Virus record (IMG/VR): IMGVR_UViG_3300027906_000003
Span: 59,821 to 123,820 of that record
Direction: 5' to 3' (one strand)
Length of the DNA stretch: 64,000 nt
DNA from: a virus
The notes under the pieces are model-generated. The model was not told where the DNA came from. It was given only the letters and a program-made list of their open reading frames with translations, and ran no database searches. Below are positions 49,239-58,566 of this stretch, piece after piece; within the stretch, counting starts at the first letter, position 1, and every line of letters starts with the position of its first letter. Made by a program: the position numbers and the translations under genes.

Positions 49239-49246
49239 ATAATTCC

Positions 49247-49309
49247 ATGGAAGTAGAACAAATCCTAGTGTTATTAGTTGTTATAATAACATTTTGGGCA
49301 TTAAAATAA
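49247..49309 (+). CDS. Putative 20-aa membrane micropeptide
   Basis: MEVEQILVLLVVIITFWALK, 5 nt after CATAAATA; stops 1 nt before iscU. Confidence 0.45.
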   Translation: MEVEQILVLLVVIITFWALK

Positions 49310-49310
49310 T

Positions 49311-49733
49311 ATGGCATATAGTAAAAAAGTAGTAGATAGATTCGAAGATGTATTAAACAATCCTGCAGAACATTCAGTTGGCAGATTTGACCCAAATGAC
49401 CCAATGGTCGCAACAGGCATGACAGGAGCACCTGCATGTGGTGATGTAATGAAACTTCAATTAAAACTAGACGATGATGATAGAATCGTTGATGTTAAGT
49501 TTAAGACTTATGGTTGTGGAAGTGCAATTGCAAGTAGTTCATTATTTGTTGACTTACTTACAGGCAAAACAATTACTGAGGCAAAGGAGATAAAGGATAA
49601 AGATATTGCAGAAGTTTTAGAATTACCACCAATCAAATTACATTGTTCTGTTCTTGCAGAAGATTCCATAAAAAGAGCAATATTAGATTGGGAAGAGAAA
49701 ACTCAGAACCGAAGACACAATTATCCTAAATAA
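49311..49733 (+). CDS. iscU: Fe-S cluster scaffold IscU
   Basis: GAPACGDVMKLQ, FKTYGCGSAIASS, LPPIKLHCSVLAED. Confidence 0.95.
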   Translation: MAYSKKVVDRFEDVLNNPAEHSVGRFDPNDPMVATGMTGAPACGDVMKLQLKLDDDDRIVDVKFKTYGCGSAIASSSLFVDLLTGKTITEAKEIKDKDIAEVLELPPIKLHCSVLAEDSIKRAILDWEEKTQNRRHNYPK

Positions 49734-49737
49734 TCGT

Positions 49738-50193
49738 ATGAAAAATACATATGAATACAATGTGACCGTTTCAAAGGTCGTGGACGGAGATACAGTAGAT
49801 GTAGATATCGACCTTGGTTTTGGAATGGTTTATAAAAAACAAAGAGTAAGGATGTTAGGCATCGATACTCCTGAATCCAGAACAAGAGACTTAGTTGAAA
49901 AGAAATTCGGTAAGGCATCTAAGAAACATCTAAAGAAATTATTAGAAGAAGCCGAGTCAATCACATTAATATCACATGACAAAGGAAAGTTTGGAAGAAT
50001 TCTAGGTGAATTGTTTGCACATCACATTGAAGGACATCCAGTGTTTGGTCATAGAGTTAATGTTAATGAACAAATGATTGCAGACCATCATGCAGTTCCA
50101 TATACAGGTGAAAATAAAGACTTAGTAGAGGGACAACACATGGCAAATAGAGAAGTTCTACTTGCAAATGGAACAGTTGTATTAGACGACTAA
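49738..50193 (+). CDS. Staphylococcal nuclease-like endonuclease
   Basis: VVDGDTVD, RVRMLGIDTPESRT, GKFGRILG. Confidence 0.9.
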   Translation: MKNTYEYNVTVSKVVDGDTVDVDIDLGFGMVYKKQRVRMLGIDTPESRTRDLVEKKFGKASKKHLKKLLEEAESITLISHDKGKFGRILGELFAHHIEGHPVFGHRVNVNEQMIADHHAVPYTGENKDLVEGQHMANREVLLANGTVVLDD

Positions 50194-50366
50194 TGGCTTT
50201 CGAAACTATCGACCTAGTTTACATGTTTTTAATAGGTGGTCTATATGCCGGATTTATATTCATGGAAGTTCAAATATCCCAAATCAAGGCAATGATGGAA
50301 GAACATGTCAAATGTGATGAGTCCATCAAAGAAATGGCTCAAAGATATCACACCCAAAAAGACTAA
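50193..50366 (+). CDS. Small membrane protein, 57 aa
   Basis: TAATG coupling, N-terminal TM; not in ORF track. Confidence 0.55.
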   Translation: MAFETIDLVYMFLIGGLYAGFIFMEVQISQIKAMMEEHVKCDESIKEMAQRYHTQKD

Positions 50367-50442
50367 AAAAACCACTTTACAAATTACACTTCTACCTCTA
50401 TAATAGAGTTATGATTAAAAACATTATGAGAGGTGTGAAATT

Positions 50443-51501
50443 ATGGCAAGATTCTTAGACGAATTAATTAAATCAACAGGTAATGAATACGCAGGTATTG
50501 TTGCCGACGGAGTTCAAGCAGGAGATGTAGACTCGTTTGTAGATACAGGCAGTTATATCTTTAATGGTCTCCTTTCTGGTTCACTACACGGTGGACTTCC
50601 CAAAAACAAAATTACTGCCATTGCAGGTGAATCTGCAACAGGTAAAACTTTCTTCGCATTAGGAATGGTAAAACAATTCTTAGAAGATAATCCTGAGGCA
50701 GCCGTAATTTATTTTGAATCTGAATCTGCAATCACAAAAGAAATGATTGAAGATAGAGGAATAGATTCAAACAGAATTGTTATTGTGCCAGTTGTGACTG
50801 TTCAACAGTTTAGAACTCAATCAATAAACATCTTAGACAAATACTTGGAGTCAGATGAATCTGATAGACCTCCAATGATGTTTGTCTTAGACTCACTTGG
50901 CATGTTATCTACTACAAAAGAGATAGAAGATACTGCAGACGGAAAAGAGACTAGAGATATGACTCGTGCCCAAATTGTAAAGGGTGCTTTCAGAGTATTA
51001 ACTTTGAAATTAGGTCGTGCAAAAGTCCCTATGATTGTGACTAATCACACTTATGATGTAATCGGTTCTATGTTCCCACAAAAAGAAATGGGTGGTGGTA
51101 GTGGTCTTAAATACGCTGCTTCATCAATCATTTATCTTTCTAAAAGAAAAGAGAAAGAAGGAACAGAGATTATCGGTAATATTATTCATTGTAAGAATGC
51201 AAAGTCGAGACTTACTGTTGAGAACAAAGTTGTTGATGTCAGATTGACATACGATAAAGGCCTCGATAGATATTATGGTCTTTTAGACCTTGCACTTGCA
51301 CATGGTATATTTGAGAAATCATCTACAAGAGTTAAGTTGCCAAATGGTAAAACAGAATTTGGTAAAACAATCAATAATAATCCAGAGAAATACTTCACTG
51401 ATGAAGTAATGGAGAGATTAGAGTTAGCAGTTAATACAGAGTTTAAATATGGAACAAGCGAGATTAGAACAGACGATACTAAAGAATCTGATTCAGAATG
51501 A
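50443..51501 (+). CDS. uvsX: RecA-like recombinase UvsX
   Basis: [34 protein letters not shown]. Confidence 0.95.
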   Translation: MARFLDELIKSTGNEYAGIVADGVQAGDVDSFVDTGSYIFNGLLSGSLHGGLPKNKITAIAGESATGKTFFALGMVKQFLEDNPEAAVIYFESESAITKEMIEDRGIDSNRIVIVPVVTVQQFRTQSINILDKYLESDESDRPPMMFVLDSLGMLSTTKEIEDTADGKETRDMTRAQIVKGAFRVLTLKLGRAKVPMIVTNHTYDVIGSMFPQKEMGGGSGLKYAASSIIYLSKRKEKEGTEIIGNIIHCKNAKSRLTVENKVVDVRLTYDKGLDRYYGLLDLALAHGIFEKSSTRVKLPNGKTEFGKTINNNPEKYFTDEVMERLELAVNTEFKYGTSEIRTDDTKESDSE

Positions 51502-52834
51502 ACCTTTCACAAGAAAGGTTCTACCTTTCTTAAAGTCAGAGTATTTCACCGAGAGTGACGAGAAGATAGTATTCAAAGAAATACAAGATTATTTCTTAAA
51601 GTATACTAAACCACCTACTACGGAAGCACTTCTCATAAACCTAGACAACAATACTTCTATTAATGAGAATGAATTGAAAATGTCTAAAACCGTAGTAGGT
51701 CAATTCGACAAAGAATCAACTCCAATGGATTGGTTAGTCGAAGAGACCGAAAAGTGGTGCAAAGATAGAGCAATCTATATTGCAGTCATGGATTCTATTG
51801 AGGTTATCGATAAGAAATCTCAAAGGTCAACTGGTGAAATACCTGAACTTTTAAAAGATGCTTTGTCAGTCTCATTTGACACAAATATTGGTCATGACCA
51901 GATTGAAGATGCAGATGATAGATTTGAATTCTATCATACGGAAGAAGAGAAGATTCCGTTTGACTTAGAATACTTCAACAAGATTACAAAGGGTGGTTTA
52001 CCAAACAAAACACTTAATATCTGCCTTGCAGGAACAGGTGTTGGTAAATCATTATTCATGTGTCATATGGCAGCTGCTGGTTTGATGATGAATAAGAATA
52101 TATTATACATCACACTTGAAATGTCAGAAGAAAGAATTGCAGAAAGAATCGATGCAAATGTTCTAAACATTCCAATGAAAGAACTTCCTGATTTATCCAA
52201 GAAGATGTTTTCTAAAAAGGTTGAGAAGATTAGTGCAAAGACAAAAGGTAAATTAATCATTAAAGAATATCCAACTGCATCAGCTCATGTTGGACATTTC
52301 AGACATCTTTTACAAGAACTAGAAATCAAAAAAGATTTCAGACCTGATTTGATATTCATTGATTATCTAAACATATGTGCATCACATAGAATCAGACCTG
52401 GTTCTGGTGCAAACTCTTATACATTAGTTAAGAGTATTGCAGAAGAACTTCGTGGTCTTGCAGTAGAATTTGATGTGCCTATTATGAGTGCAACTCAAAC
52501 GACCAGAAGTGGTTATGGTTCCACAGATATTGGACTCGAAGACACTTCTGAATCTTTTGGTTTGCCTGCAACTGCAGATATGATGTTTGCACTGATTACA
52601 TCCGAAGAACTTGAAGAGTTAGACCAAATGGTCGTAAAACAATTGAAGAATAGATACAACGACCCTACAGTATTTAAAAGATTTGTAATTGGTGTTGATA
52701 GAAGTCGTATGAAGTTATACGATTGTGAACAAGAGGCACAAGAAGAACTGGTTGATAGTGCCATAGAGGGTGATGATACACCAGTATTTGATAGAAACCG
52801 AGGTGCAGAGAAATTCCAAGACTTTAATGTTTGA
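51449..52834 (+). CDS. gp41: Replicative helicase gp41
   Basis: [41 protein letters not shown]. Confidence 0.96.
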   Translation: MEQARLEQTILKNLIQNEPFTRKVLPFLKSEYFTESDEKIVFKEIQDYFLKYTKPPTTEALLINLDNNTSINENELKMSKTVVGQFDKESTPMDWLVEETEKWCKDRAIYIAVMDSIEVIDKKSQRSTGEIPELLKDALSVSFDTNIGHDQIEDADDRFEFYHTEEEKIPFDLEYFNKITKGGLPNKTLNICLAGTGVGKSLFMCHMAAAGLMMNKNILYITLEMSEERIAERIDANVLNIPMKELPDLSKKMFSKKVEKISAKTKGKLIIKEYPTASAHVGHFRHLLQELEIKKDFRPDLIFIDYLNICASHRIRPGSGANSYTLVKSIAEELRGLAVEFDVPIMSATQTTRSGYGSTDIGLEDTSESFGLPATADMMFALITSEELEELDQMVVKQLKNRYNDPTVFKRFVIGVDRSRMKLYDCEQEAQEELVDSAIEGDDTPVFDRNRGAEKFQDFNV

Positions 52835-54113
52835 TGATAAATTAATACAAAAACAATACGAAGAGTATAAAGAAAACTATGTAGAACCTGATGCAATGGG
52901 TAGGTCTTTGATGAGAGATAGAATTACAGAAGATTTATCTTTTGTATCTCAAATGTCAGTAGAAGAATACACTTTATATCTAAAGTATCAGGAGATACAT
53001 CGTAAATATCCTACACATGAGATTGGAACTTTGTTTGGTTCTGAAAAACAATTTGTAGATGAGAAACATATCAAACTGATTGATGAAGTTAAGAACAACA
53101 TATGGATTCCTAATTCATATGAAGACTATGAGAAATTAGAACCAGAATTAATTTACACATCTATGACATCTGATGATAGAGAATCAGCAGGTTCATGGTC
53201 AGAAATCTGGAATTGTATCAGAACATTTACATCTACTATGAAGAACTCTTCTAATATTGGTAGAAATTTACATTATGTTGTCAGAGATAAAGTCACAGGT
53301 AAATATCTTGGAGTTATTTGTATTACAGGTGATTTCATCGACTTAACTCCTCGTGATAATTGGATTGGTTGGGATAGAGAATACAAAACTAATAGTGGTA
53401 TTCTAAATCACTCATGTATTGGTTCTACGATTGTGCCATTGCAACCACTAGGATTTAACTATACAGGTGGAAAACTACTTGCACTTTTATGTCTATCAGA
53501 TGATATACAGAAACAGTGGGAAGAAAACTATGGTAATAAATTAGTGAGTGTGACTACTACATCATTATATGGTAAATCCAAAACAGGTGGTTTATCACAA
53601 TATGATAGACTCAAACATTGGAAGAAATGTGGATACTCAAATGGTTCTATGACATATGAATTGACCAAAGATACTGAACGAGAAATGTTGAAATATGGTG
53701 AGAAGAATTACAACGATAGATACTTCTCATTATATGTTGCAACAAGAGAAAATGGTCAACCTTGGAAAAGAGACCATAGAAATAGATTTAGAAGCTTTTT
53801 ATTCCCCAAACTAGAGATACCTAAGAACATAATTCGTTCAGACCATCAAAGAGGTATCTATTGGTCTGCCTTATACGATAACTCCAGAGAGTTTCTAAGA
53901 GGTGAGATTACAGAAGACCAACTAGTTCGTTCACAAGACTTCTCTACAGAGGCACTTTCCACACTATGGAAAGAAAAGTATGCAGGTAAGAGAATCAATA
54001 ACCTTATGAATGCAGAGAGACAAAGACTCGATGATACTCTCTTTTATGACGATATTGCATTCATGTCATGGGATGAAACTAAGGCAAAATACCTTACACA
54101 AGTAGGCAGATAA
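52827..54113 (+). CDS. DUF4338/DruA-like protein 2
   Basis: IGRNL, PRDNWIGW, VPLQPLGFNYTGGKLLAL, TTTSLYG, SQYDRL, HQRGIY. Confidence 0.72.
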   Translation: MFDDKLIQKQYEEYKENYVEPDAMGRSLMRDRITEDLSFVSQMSVEEYTLYLKYQEIHRKYPTHEIGTLFGSEKQFVDEKHIKLIDEVKNNIWIPNSYEDYEKLEPELIYTSMTSDDRESAGSWSEIWNCIRTFTSTMKNSSNIGRNLHYVVRDKVTGKYLGVICITGDFIDLTPRDNWIGWDREYKTNSGILNHSCIGSTIVPLQPLGFNYTGGKLLALLCLSDDIQKQWEENYGNKLVSVTTTSLYGKSKTGGLSQYDRLKHWKKCGYSNGSMTYELTKDTEREMLKYGEKNYNDRYFSLYVATRENGQPWKRDHRNRFRSFLFPKLEIPKNIIRSDHQRGIYWSALYDNSREFLRGEITEDQLVRSQDFSTEALSTLWKEKYAGKRINNLMNAERQRLDDTLFYDDIAFMSWDETKAKYLTQVGR

Positions 54114-54146
54114 AGCTTGACAATGCGGTCACTTTTTTGTTATTAT
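54114..54146 (+). promoter_or_regulatory. Conserved early sigma70-type promoter
   Basis: TTGACA-ATGCGGTCACTTTTTTGT-TATTAT. Confidence 0.8.
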
Positions 54147-54174
54147 ATAACAGTAATAAAGAAAAGGAGATTAC

Positions 54175-54567
54175 ATGGAAAGAAAGGCTTACATAATAAC
54201 TACTCAAAACCTTGAAGAATATGGTGATAATTACCATAAATTTAAAGGTGGTTCAGACTATGTTGTCTACTTTGATGTAGAACTTTGTGTCTATGAAGAA
54301 GACGCATATGGTCCTGGAGAACATTCTTACTACGAATGCCCTTTAGTTAACGAAGCTTCAGCAGCTGCTGAGGTCATGAAACATGTTAACAGATTCAATA
54401 GTCTTAGAGGTTCATTCGATTATATTACTAACATAGAAACAGTTCCTGCCATTGATTGTATTGGTCAATATGACGATGCAGAATTCAAAGGTGATTTTGA
54501 CAGTCTTTGTATGTTGACTAGTAAGATAAAACATTCAGTTAATAAATTTATGGGAGAAGCAGCGTAA
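54175..54567 (+). CDS. Hypothetical early protein
   Basis: AAGGAG SD; TQNLEEYG..KFKGGSDY. Confidence 0.7.
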   Translation: MERKAYIITTQNLEEYGDNYHKFKGGSDYVVYFDVELCVYEEDAYGPGEHSYYECPLVNEASAAAEVMKHVNRFNSLRGSFDYITNIETVPAIDCIGQYDDAEFKGDFDSLCMLTSKIKHSVNKFMGEAA

Positions 54568-54905
54568 TGAAATTCAGAGAATATCCAAAAAAATTCAAAG
54601 ACACTGTAAATGTTGCAGGTAGGTCTTATAAAAGGTGGGGTGTGACAGGCACTTTCGCAACAACTGAGGATTCAGTTAATTGGTGTAAAGGCAAATACTA
54701 TATTGCACCAGGAGATATCGTAAGATGGCATTCTAACAATCAAATACCTTTTGGTGATATGTTGTTAGATTTATGTGAGGCACTATTGATTACACCTAAA
54801 CAATTAAGAGTTTCATCTGAACTTAGAGAAAAAGAAACAGATGAATTTTGGGCAAATTTTTATAATGAAGACAATGCAAAAGAAGCTCTTCTGGAGACAA
54901 AGTAA
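54567..54905 (+). CDS. Hypothetical early protein
   Basis: TAATG coupling; VRWHSNNQIPFGDML. Confidence 0.7.
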   Translation: MKFREYPKKFKDTVNVAGRSYKRWGVTGTFATTEDSVNWCKGKYYIAPGDIVRWHSNNQIPFGDMLLDLCEALLITPKQLRVSSELREKETDEFWANFYNEDNAKEALLETK

Positions 54906-56020
54906 TGTTATATCAAGACGAAAGATACAATAAAGAATTTACAGGTCAAACTTCTACACAATTTAAGGATATAATTCCTCGTGCAAAAGGAATGAACTTC
55001 TTATACTTTATTGAATTAGATATCAATGATATCGACTATGATGGTTCTGATGAAGACTTAGCAAGGAAAGAGGGTGCAATCGTTCAGAATGCTGAAGGAT
55101 TTGCAGACATGTTAAGAAAAGGAAAGTATAAACCTCTTAACTATGAACCACCAGTTGTTTACTATGTTGAAGAAACAGGTAAGTATATTTGTGATAACGG
55201 AAGAACAAGATACAATGGTCACAGAATTGCAAAGAAAGGTAAGATATTTGTTGCAGTTGTTGAGTTTGTAGAGTATGACAATTTACCAGGAAGTTATTGG
55301 GCAGGTGTTTATGCGTCTACTTCAAATGCAGAAGAGACAGAAGATTATATAAAAGCACCAAGAACTACAGCAGATATTTCTTTTTCTGCTTCAAAGTTGA
55401 TTGAAGAGAACAATTTATTAGTTGACTTAACTCCAACAGGAAAAGCACAAAAGACTGATGAAAATACTGCAATTATCTGGAGAGTTTTACAAGATTTAAA
55501 AGTAAGAGATAAAAAGAGTTATTGGGTTGAATCTGTTTATGCAGAGATTGGTAAAGGAGAAACTATTAAAGTTTATCAGAAACATGAATTGGCTGATACT
55601 CCTCAAAAAATATTACCAAGTATCGTTTTATCTACACCATCAAAGATTCAAGCAGTTGATAATACTATCTACTATGTTGCAAAGTTTAACGGTGTTGGTG
55701 GTGATAGTGTGGGTTCTGATAGAGATTATGACCCGCGTGTATACAACATCATTATGAAAATGAGAAAGAGTAATCCTACTACAAATGTTTGTTTGATATG
55801 TCACTATGATAAAGTATCAACAACACAATTAGATGTATTGAGAGAGTTTAAAACCAATCACATGATGGTTGAACAAGCAAACAATGGTATTGATAACTTA
55901 AACATACTGAAAGGTGAGAACAATGAACATGTTGATAATGAATATTTTGAATGGTTAGACATTGTTCACTTACCACAAAAAACTAAATCGGAGAGTAAAA
56001 ATGAATTTGTCAGAATATAG
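54905..56020 (+). CDS. Protein with ParB/Srx-like N-terminal domain
   Basis: PPVV..YICDNGRTR resembles the ParB-N D-G-x-x-R motif. Confidence 0.45.
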   Translation: MLYQDERYNKEFTGQTSTQFKDIIPRAKGMNFLYFIELDINDIDYDGSDEDLARKEGAIVQNAEGFADMLRKGKYKPLNYEPPVVYYVEETGKYICDNGRTRYNGHRIAKKGKIFVAVVEFVEYDNLPGSYWAGVYASTSNAEETEDYIKAPRTTADISFSASKLIEENNLLVDLTPTGKAQKTDENTAIIWRVLQDLKVRDKKSYWVESVYAEIGKGETIKVYQKHELADTPQKILPSIVLSTPSKIQAVDNTIYYVAKFNGVGGDSVGSDRDYDPRVYNIIMKMRKSNPTTNVCLICHYDKVSTTQLDVLREFKTNHMMVEQANNGIDNLNILKGENNEHVDNEYFEWLDIVHLPQKTKSESKNEFVRI

Positions 56021-56570
56021 AAGATACGAAATAACAGATGCACAATGGTCAAGAATTCAACCATGGGCATTATCACTTTGGCATGGAATCAATGCTCAAA
56101 TGGAATTATGGAAGAGTAATCAACCAGTGTATCAACCAATCTGGAGAAATACTATGTATCAATCAATATGTAAGTCAATGTGTATTGAATTACCATACAG
56201 ATTAGATACTGCAGATAAGTCAAAGAAAGCAACTTTTGACCATGTATACTCACCAGGTCCACACTCAGATATAATTGTTGAATACTCAGATGAGTTCTTA
56301 TCAGGAGAGTTCAATAGAGATTGCCTCTTTGTTGCATGGTTTCATTTTATGTGTCATGGTATTAAAGTATCAGATAAGATTAATACTCAATTAAGAGGCA
56401 TGAACGGTAAAGTCTTACAGAAAGATAAGTATAATCAAATTTTATCAGAGAATCCAGATTGGTCTTTCAATGAGAAATTTGAAAATGCTGGTATGGATAT
56501 ACATAATTCAGACCCTATTTTCTATACAGAAACTTACACGGAGTATGAGTCAAGGACAATAAAAGCATAA
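56001..56570 (+). CDS. Hypothetical protein, possible His-Me nuclease
   Basis: GGAG SD; TFDHVYS..N segment. Confidence 0.5.
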   Translation: MNLSEYRRYEITDAQWSRIQPWALSLWHGINAQMELWKSNQPVYQPIWRNTMYQSICKSMCIELPYRLDTADKSKKATFDHVYSPGPHSDIIVEYSDEFLSGEFNRDCLFVAWFHFMCHGIKVSDKINTQLRGMNGKVLQKDKYNQILSENPDWSFNEKFENAGMDIHNSDPIFYTETYTEYESRTIKA

Positions 56571-56595
56571 ATAGATATATACAACATGTAGTATT

Positions 56596-56772
56596 ATGAC
56601 TAAGAATTTAAAAAGTGAAGAGGTAATTGATATGATTTCAAAGAAGATAGCTTTGAAAAAAGAATTACGCATGGCTAAAAAAGATTCTGACGATAAACAA
56701 ATTAGTAATATCACCAAAAAAATCTCTAAAATAGAGACTAAATTACATTCCACTCCGCTCTCAAAAACCTAA
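56596..56772 (+). CDS. Small basic coiled-coil protein, 58 aa
   Basis: MTKNLKSEEVIDMISKKIALKKELR; not in ORF track. Confidence 0.6.
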   Translation: MTKNLKSEEVIDMISKKIALKKELRMAKKDSDDKQISNITKKISKIETKLHSTPLSKT

Positions 56773-56780
56773 ATACTAAC

Positions 56781-56834
56781 ATGGAAACCAATTCATGTAA
56801 ATGTTGTAAGTGCTGTAGTTGCACTTGCTGTTAG
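56781..56834 (+). CDS. Cys-rich micropeptide, 17 aa
   Basis: METNSCKCCKCCSCTCC; 5 nt after CCTAAATA; stop overlaps the next SD. Confidence 0.55.
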   Translation: METNSCKCCKCCSCTCC

Positions 56835-56844
56835 GAGATTAACA

Positions 56845-57297
56845 ATGGGCGTATACCAAGACGAAATTACAAACAATATTCAACCTTTAATAGATAAATT
56901 AACAGGTGATATTGCAAATCTTAATACTATATTAACCTTTTTACAGGCACAGGCATCTGATATAACAACTGCAGACTTTAAAACTGCATGTGCAAATCAC
57001 TCTTCTGATTTAGTTAAATCATATGGAACTGCAACTGACGATGCAGCTACAAACGCAAATGTTCAAGCCGATATAGAACTAGAGATTGATAGAATTCAAG
57101 TTATGTTAGGAACACATTCTTCTTTGACTGCATATCAGGACTTCAAGGTTAAAGGAGATGCTTCATCAAATTCTTGGAGAACAGGTAGTTTACAAGGTGA
57201 TTTAGATGCACTAAACGCCAAGAAAACTGCATGGACAGCTAAAGAATCAAATCCACATGATACAACTTCTTACACAGGCATAGTTCAACCTGCTTAA
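56845..57297 (+). CDS. Hypothetical protein, possibly virion-associated
   Basis: AGGAG SD; Ala/Thr/Asp-rich helical sequence; late context. Confidence 0.7.
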   Translation: MGVYQDEITNNIQPLIDKLTGDIANLNTILTFLQAQASDITTADFKTACANHSSDLVKSYGTATDDAATNANVQADIELEIDRIQVMLGTHSSLTAYQDFKVKGDASSNSWRTGSLQGDLDALNAKKTAWTAKESNPHDTTSYTGIVQPA

Positions 57298-57360
57298 ATA
57301 GAACTTCCAAAACACATAAATAGTAGACAAACACATTAAAAAGGTGTATAATCTACTATT

Positions 57361-58566
57361 ATGGGCGCAAAAAACCTACACTTAGAACATTTAGAAGACG
57401 AAATCATTAATCAAGGGATTGATGGAGGTCGTGGTGCAATTAACTTTCTTCAAGGTCTAAGAGATATGTTGAAAGGTAATTCAAACAGTTCTGTTAACAT
57501 GACTGTTAAATGGGATGGAGCTCCTGCAATCTTTTGTGGAAAACATCCAGAAACAAATCAATTCTTTGTTGCAAAGAAATCACTGTTCAATAAAACAGGT
57601 CCTATGTTCTATACCTCAGAACAAGAAATCAAAGAGGCCTCTGAACTCTCAGGTCAATTACAAGAGAAGTTTCTAACATCATTTAAATATCTATCTAAAT
57701 TATCTTGGAATACAATCATGCAAGGTGACTTAATGTATACTAATGATAAGAAAATGCAAAAGATAGATGGTAAATCTTATGTGACCTTTCAACCAAATAC
57801 AATTCTATATGCAGTTGATGTTAAATCAGACTTAGGTAAACAAATTGCAAACTCTAAAATGGGAATAGTTTTCCATACCACATATTCAGGTGGAACTATA
57901 GAAGATTTATCTGCAAGTTTTGGTGCCAAAACATCGAGTCTTGGAAGTTCATCAGATGTATGGGTTGATGATGCAACATATAAAGATGTATCTGGAAACT
58001 CCACAATGACTGCTAAAGAAACACTTAAACTTACACAAGTATTGTCTGCAACAGGTAAAGCATTTCATGGAATCACACGAAAAGATTTACAGAAGTTTAT
58101 GCAACTACAGGCAACGATACAACAGAAAGGTGCAGGTGCATCATATAAGACATATTGTAATTCACAAATCAGAGGTGGTTCTTACAAACCAACATATGCA
58201 GGTTATATGAAACACTTTGAGAACTATTGGAGAGATAAAGTTGTTGGTGCAGTTAAAATGGAAAAGACAAAGGCCATCAAACGAGAGATTGGTGAACAGT
58301 TATATGCAGAACTTCGTGCATTAAACAAGTTCATAACCAATCTAACAAAGTTCATGGAGAATCTAGTCATTGCAAAACAGATTATCATCGTTGCACTAAA
58401 TAGAGTAAAGAGTATAGGAACATTTAAGAAGACTGCAACAGGTTTTGAAGTGGTAAATCCAGAAGGATATGTTGCAATCGACAAAACAGGAAGTGCCGTC
58501 AAATTAGTAGATAGAATGGAGTTTGCATTCAATAACTTCACAGCACAAAAGAATTGGGATAAGTAA
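57361..58566 (+). CDS. DUF6267-like protein, ligase-type nucleotidyltransferase fold
   Basis: HLEHLED, TVKWDGAP, QGDLMY, PEGYV, KLVDR. Confidence 0.7.
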   Translation: MGAKNLHLEHLEDEIINQGIDGGRGAINFLQGLRDMLKGNSNSSVNMTVKWDGAPAIFCGKHPETNQFFVAKKSLFNKTGPMFYTSEQEIKEASELSGQLQEKFLTSFKYLSKLSWNTIMQGDLMYTNDKKMQKIDGKSYVTFQPNTILYAVDVKSDLGKQIANSKMGIVFHTTYSGGTIEDLSASFGAKTSSLGSSSDVWVDDATYKDVSGNSTMTAKETLKLTQVLSATGKAFHGITRKDLQKFMQLQATIQQKGAGASYKTYCNSQIRGGSYKPTYAGYMKHFENYWRDKVVGAVKMEKTKAIKREIGEQLYAELRALNKFITNLTKFMENLVIAKQIIIVALNRVKSIGTFKKTATGFEVVNPEGYVAIDKTGSAVKLVDRMEFAFNNFTAQKNWDK

